Shown: positions 11,028 to 19,966 of the stretch, piece after piece | Layout of the letters: the number at the start of each line of letters is the position of its first letter | How positions within the stretch are numbered: position 1 is the first letter of the stretch | From: Bacteroidales bacterium | GTDB taxonomy: Bacteria; Bacteroidota; Bacteroidia; Bacteroidales; VadinHA17 | Assembly (NCBI GenBank): GCA_003141715.1 | Contig: PLNF01000022.1 | Coordinates: forward strand, 15,506 to 79,505 | Direction: 5' to 3' | DNA length: 64,000 nt | Made by a program: the position numbers and the translations under genes | The notes under the pieces: generated by a model | Told to the model about the DNA's origin: nothing | The model's database searches: none | The model's input: only the letters and a program-made list of their open reading frames with translations

Positions 11028-12350
11028 CTAGAATTTATATGAAACTCCGGAGAAGATCCCGAAAGAATAGGGATGAATGAATGAACCTGTTGTAACACTG
11101 AACGGATTCAGGTAATATCTGAAAGTTGGTTCGAGATTGAGAGATAATTTACCAGATAGATTATATTCCATTCCCATCCCCAGAGAACTGCTTAAAGTAA
11201 GAGGATTTAGTCCTTCAGTCTTTCCTATTGAATATCTGTTGCCATCAATCGTAGTATATACTGAATTATTGACCAATAGATTATATGATAATCCACCTAT
11301 AAGATTGATACCAATCATTTTATCCACAATTTTATATCTCAAGATGACCGGTAATTCCAGGTAACTGAAATTCTGGTCCAGTGAATTGTTGATAGGCTGA
11401 AGACTTGCTTTTTTAGGGTCAAATACATCATTTGTGTAAGCTGTAAGTACTCTGTTTGTACCGTCAGAGCTGAGAAAAACATCAGGATTATTTGCATAAA
11501 CAGTACCATTTGTGGTAAGCACCTCAAAGTTAGTACCTCCTTTAGTATAATCATATTTCTGAAATCCGCTGAAGGAATTTATACCATCTACCTTTTGTCC
11601 TAAAGAGGAATAGTAAAGCCCGGATTGTATACTGAATCTTTTACTGATTTTATAAGAAAATGCGACGCCCCCTGAATATGAAACAAGAGGCTGTTCCGAT
11701 GCCACTAGTTGTTTTGACAGTGCATCACTCCCTGAATTAAAACTCGAATAATAGGTTGGAGAAGCCATAGCAGCTATAGACCACCTTTTCTCCGGTTTAG
11801 TGATTATATTCTCCGGAAAATACTGAAAATCAGGAAGGTTAATTTTTATAGGATTTTCCTTAGATGTAATCAGCGGTGTCAGGGAAAGTCCATCAGTTGC
11901 TTCATTATTAGTTATAAACAGGCTCTTAGTTTTCAGAATATTCATAATCTGATCAGGAGAAGAGGTCGTTTCAATTTCCTTCTGAATTGTAGCCTGATCA
12001 TCGGTCACTGTCAGGATATCAGAAGAGTTTTTAAACGGAACAAATTTCTCCTCTCGTAAATACTGTGGATTATCAATGGGGTTATAAATAACCGGAAGGG
12101 AAACCGGTACATTAAAAGCAATTACAGGAGATGAGGGCCCGACTGACAATTCCCGGCTCCATCTGTAAGTTAAAAAACTTAGTGTCAGCAGAATAGTAAT
12201 CAAAGCAGCAATCCTCAGAAATATATATGGCCTTGATTTAATTTTGACTGCCGAGAGAATACTATCACAAACCCCGGGTGGCGGAAGTACTTCGAAATCT
12301 TTAAGTCCGTTTCTAAAGAGAAGATCTATATTTGCCCCTTTTTCATTCAT
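11028..12350 (-). CDS. membrane-anchored protein with a C-terminal outer-membrane beta-barrel (PorT/OMP_b-brl-like); candidate partner of the upstream ECF sigma factor
   Basis: 440 aa. An N-terminal segment of about 40 aa is followed by one TM helix (YIFLRIAALITILLTLSFLTY). The C-terminal ~250 aa show alternating beta-strand patterning and end in ...GVSYKF with a terminal Phe. The start overlaps the sigma gene stop (ATGAATGA). Confidence 0.6.
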   Translation of the reverse strand: MNEKGANIDLLFRNGLKDFEVLPPPGVCDSILSAVKIKSRPYIFLRIAALITILLTLSFLTYRWSRELSVGPSSPVIAFNVPVSLPVIYNPIDNPQYLREEKFVPFKNSSDILTVTDDQATIQKEIETTSSPDQIMNILKTKSLFITNNEATDGLSLTPLITSKENPIKINLPDFQYFPENIITKPEKRWSIAAMASPTYYSSFNSGSDALSKQLVASEQPLVSYSGGVAFSYKISKRFSIQSGLYYSSLGQKVDGINSFSGFQKYDYTKGGTNFEVLTTNGTVYANNPDVFLSSDGTNRVLTAYTNDVFDPKKASLQPINNSLDQNFSYLELPVILRYKIVDKMIGINLIGGLSYNLLVNNSVYTTIDGNRYSIGKTEGLNPLTLSSSLGMGMEYNLSGKLSLNLEPTFRYYLNPFSVTTGSFIHPYSFGIFSGVSYKF

Positions 12351-12903
12351 TTGCGACGTTCTTCTTAATTCCGGTATATGATCCTACTCTTCTCTGAAGG
12401 ATAACCCTTGCACGGGAAAGATTTGATTTTGAAGTTCCCTCTGAAATATTCACCATAGTACTAATCTCTTTATGTGAATATCCTTCAATTGCGTAAAGGT
12501 TAAACACCATTCTGTATTTCGTGGGCAATTCCCTGATAATTTCGAGCAGATCATTAGCTTCAAGACCAGCATAATCCTGATTATCAGGTTCTGCATCTGG
12601 CTCCTGTATCATATCTATATCATCGACACGATAGAGGTTATGTCTGCTGCGGAATTTTTCAAGCGCTGTATTTACTGTAATCCGGCGCATCCAACCCTCG
12701 AATGAACCTTCATGTTTATAATGATCAAGGTTTTCAAAGATCTTAATAAATCCTTCCTGCAAAATATCTCTTGCCTCTTCTTCATTACCCGAATACTGAA
12801 GGCACACTGCATATAACTTCGCAGAATGTCTTCTGTACAGAAGTTCCTGGTCCCTTCTGTTACCGGCAAGACAACCTTTTATTATTTTTTTTATCTCCGA
12901 CAA
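12343..12903 (-). CDS. ECF-type RNA polymerase sigma-70 family factor
   Basis: 186 aa. Region 2 blocks are ILQEGFIKIF and WMRRITVNTALEKFR. Region 4 is YAIEGYSHKEISTMVNISEGTSKSNLSRAR. The start appears to be TTG. Confidence 0.85.
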   Translation of the reverse strand: MSEIKKIIKGCLAGNRRDQELLYRRHSAKLYAVCLQYSGNEEEARDILQEGFIKIFENLDHYKHEGSFEGWMRRITVNTALEKFRSRHNLYRVDDIDMIQEPDAEPDNQDYAGLEANDLLEIIRELPTKYRMVFNLYAIEGYSHKEISTMVNISEGTSKSNLSRARVILQRRVGSYTGIKKNVANE

Positions 12904-13011
12904 GGTTTTTTTACCTGATTGAGAACATAAAAATATAAAATAATTATCTTAAATGCCAGTAATTCTATAAAGATTGATGGATTTTTTTAAAGAAAGGTTG
13001 CGTTCAGGAGG

Positions 13012-14403
13012 TTAAAGATGTATCACCTCCCCGTAAGCCGCTGCTGCTGCCTCCATTATAGCCTCTGACATTGTAGGATGCGGATGTACCGACTTAATTA
13101 TTTCGTGTGCCGTAGTTTCAAGTTTTCTGGCAACAACTATTTCTGCAATCATTTCGGTAACATTAGCTCCGATCATATGTGCACCAAGCAGTTCTCCATA
13201 TGCTGCATCAAATATAAGTTTAACAAAACCATCTTTTGCACCTGAAGCACTTGCTTTTCCTGAAGCTGTAAACGGGAATTTTCCAACTTTGATATCATAG
13301 CCGGCTTCCCTGGCAGCAGATTCTGTAAGACCACATGATGCTATCTCAGGAGTTGTGTATGTACATCCGGGAATATTCTTATAATCAAGAGGTTCGATTG
13401 ATAATCCTGCAATCTTTTCGACACAAATTATCCCCTCTGCAGAAGCCACATGTGCAAGTGCCGGCCCATGAACAATATCACCGATAGCAAAAATGCCCTC
13501 AATCGAAGTCTGGTAATAATCATCTACAACGACTTTACCCTTATCAGTTTTAACACCAGCGCTTTCGAGACCAATATCTTCAATGTTTGTAGTTATTCCA
13601 ACAGCTGATAAGACAATATCAGCTTCAACGACCTCATTCCCCTTTGGTGTTTTTATAGTCACCTGGCACTTTTCTTTTGAAGTATCAACAGACTCAACCG
13701 AGGAATCGGTCATTACTTTCATTTTAATTTTCTTAAACGATCTCTCAAGTTGTTTTGAGACTTCCTCATCTTCAACAGGGACAATCCTTGGTAAAAACTC
13801 TACAAGAGTCACGTTTGTTCCCAGAGACTGATAGAAATTAGCAAATTCACTACCGATTGCCCCAGATCCCACAACAACCATTGAACCCGGTTGCTTTTCA
13901 AGTGTCATAGCCTCACGGTAGCCGATTATCTTCTTCCCATCCTGTTTCAGATTTGGCAACTCCTTCGATCTTGCACCAGTCGCTAAAATTATATTCGGCG
14001 CAGTATATTTTTTTTTATTCCCGTCAAGATCCTCCACCTCAACATTATTTTTCCCTAGAAGACGACCATATCCTTTGATGTGCTCAATATTATTTTTTTT
14101 AAAAAGGAACTGAACTCCTTTACTCATACCGTTGGCCACATTTCTGCTTCTGGAAACAATTGCACTAAAATCCGGTTTTACTTCACCCGAAATAGTAATC
14201 CCATAATCAGATGAATGAGTCAAATAATCAAAGACCTGGGCGCTTTTCAAGAGCGATTTTGTGGGTATGCATCCCCAGTTGAGACAGATTCCTCCGAGTT
14301 CAGCTCTTTCAACTACTGCTACTTTCATTTTCAACTGTGATGCCCTTATTGCAGCAACATAACCGCCGGGTCCGCTGCCAATTATTATTAGATCGTAATC
14401 CAT
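13012..14403 (-). CDS. lpdA: dihydrolipoyl dehydrogenase
   Basis: 463 aa. It has the FAD motif GSGPGGY, the redox disulfide GGICLNWGCIPTK and the C-terminal block HPHPTMSE. Confidence 0.93.
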   Translation of the reverse strand: MDYDLIIIGSGPGGYVAAIRASQLKMKVAVVERAELGGICLNWGCIPTKSLLKSAQVFDYLTHSSDYGITISGEVKPDFSAIVSRSRNVANGMSKGVQFLFKKNNIEHIKGYGRLLGKNNVEVEDLDGNKKKYTAPNIILATGARSKELPNLKQDGKKIIGYREAMTLEKQPGSMVVVGSGAIGSEFANFYQSLGTNVTLVEFLPRIVPVEDEEVSKQLERSFKKIKMKVMTDSSVESVDTSKEKCQVTIKTPKGNEVVEADIVLSAVGITTNIEDIGLESAGVKTDKGKVVVDDYYQTSIEGIFAIGDIVHGPALAHVASAEGIICVEKIAGLSIEPLDYKNIPGCTYTTPEIASCGLTESAAREAGYDIKVGKFPFTASGKASASGAKDGFVKLIFDAAYGELLGAHMIGANVTEMIAEIVVARKLETTAHEIIKSVHPHPTMSEAIMEAAAAAYGEVIHL

Positions 14404-14482
14404 CGTAATCGTATTTTATATTATAAATACTCTTTTATTATTTTGTCATTCAATATTAATAAGTGCTTGGATTTTGTAGTGA

Positions 14483-15337
14483 CTAAAGGTTGGAGTGACT
14501 AAAGTGCCTAGAGTTAATAAACTTAGATATTTGTGCTATTAATTGGATAGTGCCTTTTACCAGAACCCAGATTATAACAAGAGTAAAGATTATTGTTGCG
14601 CCTACAGGAATTCCTGCATAATATGAAATCGCATAACCTGTTGCTGTTCCTACAAATCCGGCAAGAATAGACCAAACAACTATTTTAAAATAGACCCTGG
14701 TAAATAACATTGCTATGTTTGGCGGGATAGTCAGCAATGAGATAACCAGAACTACCCCGGCCATCCTTATATTCAAAACTATTGTCAATGCTATCAATGA
14801 AGTTGTAATATATTTAAATACATTAACATATGAGGAGTAAGTCCTTGCAAATACTTCATCGAAAGAGATATAAAGTATTGTCCTGTAGAATATTCCAAAG
14901 TAAAGTATCAATATTACTGACATTGTTCCCAATGCAATTATATCGGCACGTGAAACGGTGAGAATACTCCCGAAGAGATAACTCATCAGGTTAGGCGTAT
15001 ATCCGGGTGTCAGGTAGATGAAGATTATTCCAATAGCCATTCCAAAAGCCCACAATATTCCTATTGCAGAGTCTTCTCTTATTCTCTGCTTAACAGAAAG
15101 ATACTCAACACCCAGGGCTGACAGGATACCAAAAACAGCAGCTCCAACTACAGGGTTGATACCCAGGAAATAGCCAATGCCAATACCGCCAAATGAGGCA
15201 TGTGTTATACCTCCGCTTAAAAAAACCATCCTTTTCGACACAACGTATGTTCCTGCTAACCCGGCAGTTATGCTGGCAAAGACAGCTCCAAGAAGTCCTT
15301 TAATTATAAATCCGTATTGAAATATACTGGTTTCCAC
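14483..15337 (-). CDS. znuB: metal (probably zinc) ABC transporter permease, ABC-3 family
   Basis: 284 aa and polytopic. A GTG start overlaps the upstream stop by 1 nt. It is the last gene of the SBP-ATPase-permease operon. Confidence 0.7.
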   Translation of the reverse strand: METSIFQYGFIIKGLLGAVFASITAGLAGTYVVSKRMVFLSGGITHASFGGIGIGYFLGINPVVGAAVFGILSALGVEYLSVKQRIREDSAIGILWAFGMAIGIIFIYLTPGYTPNLMSYLFGSILTVSRADIIALGTMSVILILYFGIFYRTILYISFDEVFARTYSSYVNVFKYITTSLIALTIVLNIRMAGVVLVISLLTIPPNIAMLFTRVYFKIVVWSILAGFVGTATGYAISYYAGIPVGATIIFTLVIIWVLVKGTIQLIAQISKFINSRHFSHSNL

Positions 15338-16083
15338 TATTTATGGTATTTAAGTACTGTATGTGGAACATCGCCATGTGCAACAAGCTGAATCGGACAT
15401 CCGTATGCAAGCAGATCTTCATTTGTGATCTCATGTGAAGGATGATAGTGAAGACTCCTGTTTACACAGGCAAACGATTTAATATGTGATGAAATGGTTC
15501 CTACATCGTGTGAAACCATGAGTATTGCCATACGGCTGTTAAGGTCTTTCAATTTTTCATAAAAATCGTTTTCAAAAGTTGTATCAACGAAATTTCCAGG
15601 TTCATCAAGTAAAAGTAATCTGGGGTTTCCGATAATCGCCCTACCCAGGAATACTCTTTGCATCTGTCCGCCGGACAATTCATTTAAGGTGGATTTAGAC
15701 ATCCCTGCCAATCCAAGCTCATCAATCACGGTATCTGCCTTTTTCTTGTCAGAAGCGGACATTCTGGATATGATCCCTTTCCGGATCATCAGGCCTGAAA
15801 GAATTATGTCAGTAACTGTGACAGGGTAGTTAATGTCTCCTGTTGACATCTGGGGAAGATAGCCGATACTGTTTCCATCTAAAAGTTCGTTATTGAAAAC
15901 CATTTTACCTTTAACCGGTTTCACCAAACCCAGAATTACTCTTAAAAGTGTTGTCTTTCCGCCTCCATTCGGACCAATGACGCCAATAAAATCATTCTCA
16001 TTTACTTTGAAATCCACATCCTGCAAAACCATATTTGCACCATAAGAAGCTGACAAAGAATACATTTCGAATAAATACGCCAT
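15337..16083 (-). CDS. znuC: metal ABC transporter ATP-binding protein
   Basis: 248 aa. It has Walker A GPNGGGKTT, the signature LSGGQ and Walker B LLLLDEP. Confidence 0.75.
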   Translation of the reverse strand: MAYLFEMYSLSASYGANMVLQDVDFKVNENDFIGVIGPNGGGKTTLLRVILGLVKPVKGKMVFNNELLDGNSIGYLPQMSTGDINYPVTVTDIILSGLMIRKGIISRMSASDKKKADTVIDELGLAGMSKSTLNELSGGQMQRVFLGRAIIGNPRLLLLDEPGNFVDTTFENDFYEKLKDLNSRMAILMVSHDVGTISSHIKSFACVNRSLHYHPSHEITNEDLLAYGCPIQLVAHGDVPHTVLKYHK

Positions 16084-16092
16084 AAATCGTGA

Positions 16093-16965
16093 CTATTTTG
16101 AGCTTTCAAGTAAACTTTTATGCAGGGCATCAATAATATCCGTAGTTGACTTTTGCCAGTCTTCCGACAAAGGATCTATCAATATTACCTTAGCACCTAT
16201 TTCTCCGGCTATAGTTTTCGCATTTTTGGTATCATATTCCCTTTGAACAAATATTGTCTTGAGGTTATCTTTCCTGGCAAGATCAATAAGTTCTCTCATT
16301 CTTGACGGTGGCGGTTCTTTGCCCTCAAATTCTACAGGGATCTCTTCAAGACCATAGTCTCTTGCAACATATGCAAGGTTCGGATGATATATCATAAAAC
16401 ATTTGTTCGGCACATCTGAAAAAAGTTCCCTGGCTTTATTATCCACTTCCTGAATTTTTGAAATAAGAAGCTGATAATTTGTTTCATATTTCTGTTTTTG
16501 TGACGGATTGAGCTCACACAGTAATCCTTTTACAGAGTATGCCATTATTAAAGCACATGTGGGTGATACCCAATAATGAGGATCTGCACCTTCGACGTGC
16601 CCTCCTTCATGGTGATGACCTGATGTAATAGGATCAATCTTATCTCCTAACGATAACCTCTTCATTGTCCTGTTTGTCTCATAAAAACGGTCCAGCCAGT
16701 TCATTTCAAAACCCAGATAACCATTGCTTATATAGGCGACTGATTTCCTGAGTTTGTTAACTTGTTCAGGAAAAGGCTCGTAAGTATGAGGATCAGCTCC
16801 GGCAGGAACCATAATGTTAACCGTAAAGTCATTCCCTGCAATCTCTTCAACAAAGTATTTGAAAGGTGCAATACTGACAGTAATTATTTTGTTGCCGGAA
16901 TCAGCACCATCGCGGCCACAGGATATAGCAAAACAGGTTATCAGAAGAAAGCATATTTTTCTCAT
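16093..16965 (-). CDS. znuA: metal ABC transporter substrate-binding lipoprotein, ZnuA-like
   Basis: 290 aa. It has a lipobox (FAISCG) and the His-rich loop SGHHHEGGHVEGADPH typical of zinc-specific cluster A-I binding proteins. Confidence 0.75.
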   Translation of the reverse strand: MRKICFLLITCFAISCGRDGADSGNKIITVSIAPFKYFVEEIAGNDFTVNIMVPAGADPHTYEPFPEQVNKLRKSVAYISNGYLGFEMNWLDRFYETNRTMKRLSLGDKIDPITSGHHHEGGHVEGADPHYWVSPTCALIMAYSVKGLLCELNPSQKQKYETNYQLLISKIQEVDNKARELFSDVPNKCFMIYHPNLAYVARDYGLEEIPVEFEGKEPPPSRMRELIDLARKDNLKTIFVQREYDTKNAKTIAGEIGAKVILIDPLSEDWQKSTTDIIDALHKSLLESSK

Positions 16966-16976
16966 TATCTGGAAAA

Positions 16977-16998
16977 GTGATCGACCACTACAAATTTA
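16977..16998 (-). promoter_or_regulatory. znuA promoter: -7 box TAAATTTG (16991-16998) followed by the near-palindrome GTGGTCGATCAC (16977-16988)
   Basis: On the minus strand the region reads TAAATTTG-TA-GTGGTCGATCAC. It lies 12-33 nt upstream of the ATG at 16965. Five of the six palindrome pairs match. Confidence 0.35.
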
Positions 16999-17048
16999 AC
17001 ATATAACAGAACAAATGGTTTAAGTGTTGCAAATAAAATAATATACGC

Positions 17049-17056
17049 TATTTTTG
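17049..17056 (+). promoter_or_regulatory. -7 box (TATTTTTG)
   Basis: Exact TAnnTTTG match that overlaps the TTG start used by the track ORF (17054). It lies 34 nt upstream of the ATG at 17090. Confidence 0.4.
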
Positions 17057-17089
17057 GATAAGATTAATGGAAAATCTACTTCCTGCCGG

Positions 17090-17581
17090 ATGAAGAATAA
17101 AGGAGAGATACTTGCATCAATATTGAAAAATTTTAAAGACTGCTATTTCTTCCTCCATAACACTAAGGAGTTCGATATCGTTGAAAACATTATGAATGAA
17201 GGGTTTATCTTCGAAAGTCAGTTGGCTCATTCTACCGACCGGGTAAATCCAAACGAGCCTGTTGAAGTTAGTTACTTTCTATTTCAGAGGAAAGATTATG
17301 GTTCATTCACTATTATTATTGCAATACCTAAAGTTATTTATGAAATGTATACAGGTGTTTCCAACAAAAAAGATGTTGGTATCGAAGAAGTGCTGACTGT
17401 TACCGATCCATATTGGGGAGATAATGATGAGTTGATGTACACGCTGTCGCCCAAACATATCCTTGGATATTTTAACATCAAAACATCGGAGTTTTATCAG
17501 AACAGGAATTGGGATCCGTTCTTTAATAACTGCCAGGTAAGATCTTCAGGTAAAAAATCAGGATATACAGGCAGAAAATAG
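17090..17581 (+). CDS. hypothetical protein, no recognisable family
   Basis: 163 aa from the ATG at 17090 (MKNKGEILASILKNF...). The track version starts at a TTG inside the predicted -7 box. It has no signal peptide or TM segment and is followed by a strong terminator. Confidence 0.55.
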   Translation: MKNKGEILASILKNFKDCYFFLHNTKEFDIVENIMNEGFIFESQLAHSTDRVNPNEPVEVSYFLFQRKDYGSFTIIIAIPKVIYEMYTGVSNKKDVGIEEVLTVTDPYWGDNDELMYTLSPKHILGYFNIKTSEFYQNRNWDPFFNNCQVRSSGKKSGYTGRK

Positions 17582-17583
17582 AA

Positions 17584-17620
17584 AAAAGGAGACCGGACCC
17601 CTATGCCGGTCTTCTTTTTA
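17584..17620. terminator. bidirectional rho-independent terminator
   Basis: AAAAAGGAGACCGG-(9 nt loop)-CCGGTCTTCTTTTT forms a stem of about 12 bp, including one G-U pair. An A-run and a T-run flank it. It lies between convergent genes. Confidence 0.7.
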
Positions 17621-17633
17621 TCGGGAATGAAAA

Positions 17634-18341
17634 TTAATAAGTCTGAAGTGAGATCTTGAAAAACCCAGTGGCTTTGGAGGATGAAATCTGAAATTTCCAA
17701 TCTCCGGTTTTATCCTGATTCTCTGTTTCAGATAGTGTGAATGACTTTCGCCAGTTGAGATTGCCAGATTCGTCGATCAAGATATCTGAATAGTTTTTGC
17801 CATTGGGCATAATGATCTTGATTCGGATTTCACCCGATTTACAATCGCCCATCACCGACATTACAACCGACTTTGCCGATTTCTCCACATCAAAGGTGTA
17901 ATCTCCCGAGAATGTGTTGTCTTTTACCGTCTTGGAAAAGTCCCATGTCGTCCTTTCAGAATCGCCACCCATTGAATGTTCGAAGAATCCCTGCATATCC
18001 TGACCGGAGAATTCGAAAGGATCATTAAAATAGAATGACCTGTTCCCTCTTGGCAAGTTCCTAAAGATTCTTTCACTGTCTCTATCTGCGTTTTCAACAT
18101 TAACCTGTACATCAAACGTTTTTTTATCAATTTCGGCTTGTTGCTTTTCCAGGCTTTGTTCTGCATCAGTCTGGGCTTTCTTTTGTTCGGTCATTGCTTT
18201 TTTCTGCTCGTCGATTTTCTGCTGAATCTTCAGGTCAGCTTCCTGCTCTTCTTTTGTCTTTTCCTGGGCAGTTACCTGCTGAAAAGAAGAACCAATTGAG
18301 ACAAGGAGAATAACTATTAAAAATACACTGAACTTTTTCAT
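17634..18341 (-). CDS. hypothetical secreted protein: signal peptide, Q/K/E-rich helical segment, C-terminal beta-rich domain
   Basis: 235 aa. The signal peptide is MKKFSVFLIVILLVSIGSSFQQVTAQ. About 50 aa of a charged heptad-like segment follow (EEQEADLKIQQKIDEQKKAMTEQKKAQTDAEQSLEKQQAEIDKK), then a beta-rich domain. The gene is divergent from the two-component operon. Confidence 0.65.
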   Translation of the reverse strand: MKKFSVFLIVILLVSIGSSFQQVTAQEKTKEEQEADLKIQQKIDEQKKAMTEQKKAQTDAEQSLEKQQAEIDKKTFDVQVNVENADRDSERIFRNLPRGNRSFYFNDPFEFSGQDMQGFFEHSMGGDSERTTWDFSKTVKDNTFSGDYTFDVEKSAKSVVMSVMGDCKSGEIRIKIIMPNGKNYSDILIDESGNLNWRKSFTLSETENQDKTGDWKFQISSSKATGFFKISLQTY

Positions 18342-18398
18342 AATTACTTTTTTTTATGTTTGACAATGTAAAGATACGTCCTGCTATATTGTAATTAT

Positions 18399-18427
18399 GT
18401 TAACACCGGGTTAATACCGGGTTAATG
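18399..18427. promoter_or_regulatory. three phased direct repeats GTTAA-N6-GTTAA-N6-GTTAA; candidate OmpR-family response-regulator site
   Basis: The sequence is GTTAACACCGG GTTAATACCGG GTTAATG. The pentamers start at 18399, 18410 and 18421, an 11-bp period. The site is 58-86 bp upstream of the divergent secreted-protein ATG and about 36-64 bp upstream of the -7 box at 18463. Confidence 0.45.
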
Positions 18428-18462
18428 TTTGTCTTATCATTCTGAAGTATTAATAATTTGAA

Positions 18463-18470
18463 TAATTTTG
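18463..18470 (+). promoter_or_regulatory. -7 box (TAATTTTG) for the HK-RR operon
   Basis: Exact TAnnTTTG match about 80 nt upstream of the kinase start. Confidence 0.4.
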
Positions 18471-18549
18471 AGAAAGTAAAGTATAAAAAATGAAACGGGG
18501 TCAGACAAGTAGAAGGGAGTTACATTATGCAATTATAAAATAGTTGATT

Positions 18550-19950
18550 ATGTTGAAAAAGAGAAATACTGTTCTTCTTTTTGGTATTGTATCAATTATT
18601 ATATTGATTTCAGTACAAATAATAATTATAAAAGGTGTGTGGCAGCAGAAAGATGAAATGTTCAATCTCCGTTACAGATTGTTTTCACAAGATGCAATTT
18701 CAAGCATGAATCGGAGGTTGTCAACAGATGGTTTTGATACTGTGCGTTTTATTTTAAACGGATACTCTGAACAGGCAATAATAGAATTATCTGCCATTAA
18801 GAACGATTCGGCCTTAGCTGCAAAAAAAAAGGAAATCTTAACCTTTGTCCAAAAAGCGCTAAAGCAGGAAGAAGACCTTTCAGATTATCTTAGAAATTAT
18901 TTTGGAAGACAGGGAATTGAAAAGAATTTTAATTTTAAGATTGTAATAAATCGTTTTGAACTGATAGATAATGACACCAGGATTCCGATATACGTAAGTG
19001 AAGAATTTGCTGATCGAACTCCTCCGACTCCAGGTAGTGCACCTCCTTCTTTAATTAAAAAAAACACTTCTGAAATTCTTGTCAAAGGTGACCGTTTTGA
19101 ACGAAACAATTTCAGACTTGATATTGAGTGTTATATCGATTTCACAAATAAGCAAAAGACAATTCTAAAAGAAACTTTTACCTCACTTGCATTAAGTGGC
19201 TTCAGTATAATCGTTGTGGTTATGATATTTATTATTGCCTTCAGGAACCTTATGGAGGAAAAGAGGCTCTCTGATCTTAAGACAGATTTTATAAACAATA
19301 TGACCCATGAGTTAAAGACACCGTTATCTACAATTACAGTCGCAGGTAAAACACTGGAAATGCCACAGATAAGAAATAATGACTCCAAGATTCTGGAAAC
19401 AGCAAAACTTATAGGGAAACAAAGTGTTCATCTGAATCAGCTTATCAATATGATTCTTGAGATAAGCATGTGGGAAAGAACACAATTCCAGCTGGATAAA
19501 AAAACGATTGAGATTGAGGAGATTATGAATGATGTCGTCGACAGTTTTAAATCCGGCGGCGGTGACGGTGCTTCCATAAATCAGAAATATAATTTCAATG
19601 ATGCAAAAGTTGATCTTGACGCTGTATATTTTACAACACTTCTAAATAATCTGCTTTCCAACGCAGTGAAATATTCAGATAAACAACCTGTAATTGATAT
19701 TGAAGGTTTCACTCAGAACAATAATGTATATATTAAAGTTGCTGATAATGGCATCGGGATAAATAAGATCGATCAGAAACATATTTTCGATAAGTTTTAC
19801 AGGGCTTCGACAGGAAATATTCATAAAGTCAAAGGTCTGGGGCTTGGCCTGTATTATGTTAAAAAAATCGCGGAAGCTCATGGCGGAGATGTAACTGTGA
19901 GCAGTAAACCGGGAAAAGGTAGTATATTTACTGTGACAATACCATTCTAA
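18550..19950 (+). CDS. sensor histidine kinase
   Basis: About 466 aa. Two TM segments flank a ~170-aa extracytoplasmic region. It has the H-box FINNMTHELKTPLSTI and the N and G boxes (LLSNAVKYS, DNGIGI, GLGLGL). The track start at 18544 is TTG and an ATG follows at 18550. Confidence 0.88.
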   Translation: MLKKRNTVLLFGIVSIIILISVQIIIIKGVWQQKDEMFNLRYRLFSQDAISSMNRRLSTDGFDTVRFILNGYSEQAIIELSAIKNDSALAAKKKEILTFVQKALKQEEDLSDYLRNYFGRQGIEKNFNFKIVINRFELIDNDTRIPIYVSEEFADRTPPTPGSAPPSLIKKNTSEILVKGDRFERNNFRLDIECYIDFTNKQKTILKETFTSLALSGFSIIVVVMIFIIAFRNLMEEKRLSDLKTDFINNMTHELKTPLSTITVAGKTLEMPQIRNNDSKILETAKLIGKQSVHLNQLINMILEISMWERTQFQLDKKTIEIEEIMNDVVDSFKSGGGDGASINQKYNFNDAKVDLDAVYFTTLLNNLLSNAVKYSDKQPVIDIEGFTQNNNVYIKVADNGIGINKIDQKHIFDKFYRASTGNIHKVKGLGLGLYYVKKIAEAHGGDVTVSSKPGKGSIFTVTIPF

Positions 19951-19966
19951 TTAAAATATTCTGGAA

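Noticed and set aside
11320-11328. Perfect DnaA-box consensus TTATCCACA
   Set aside because: It is a single copy inside a coding region, with no cluster of boxes, no AT-rich unwinding element and no dnaA/dnaN nearby. It is expected by chance in AT-rich DNA.
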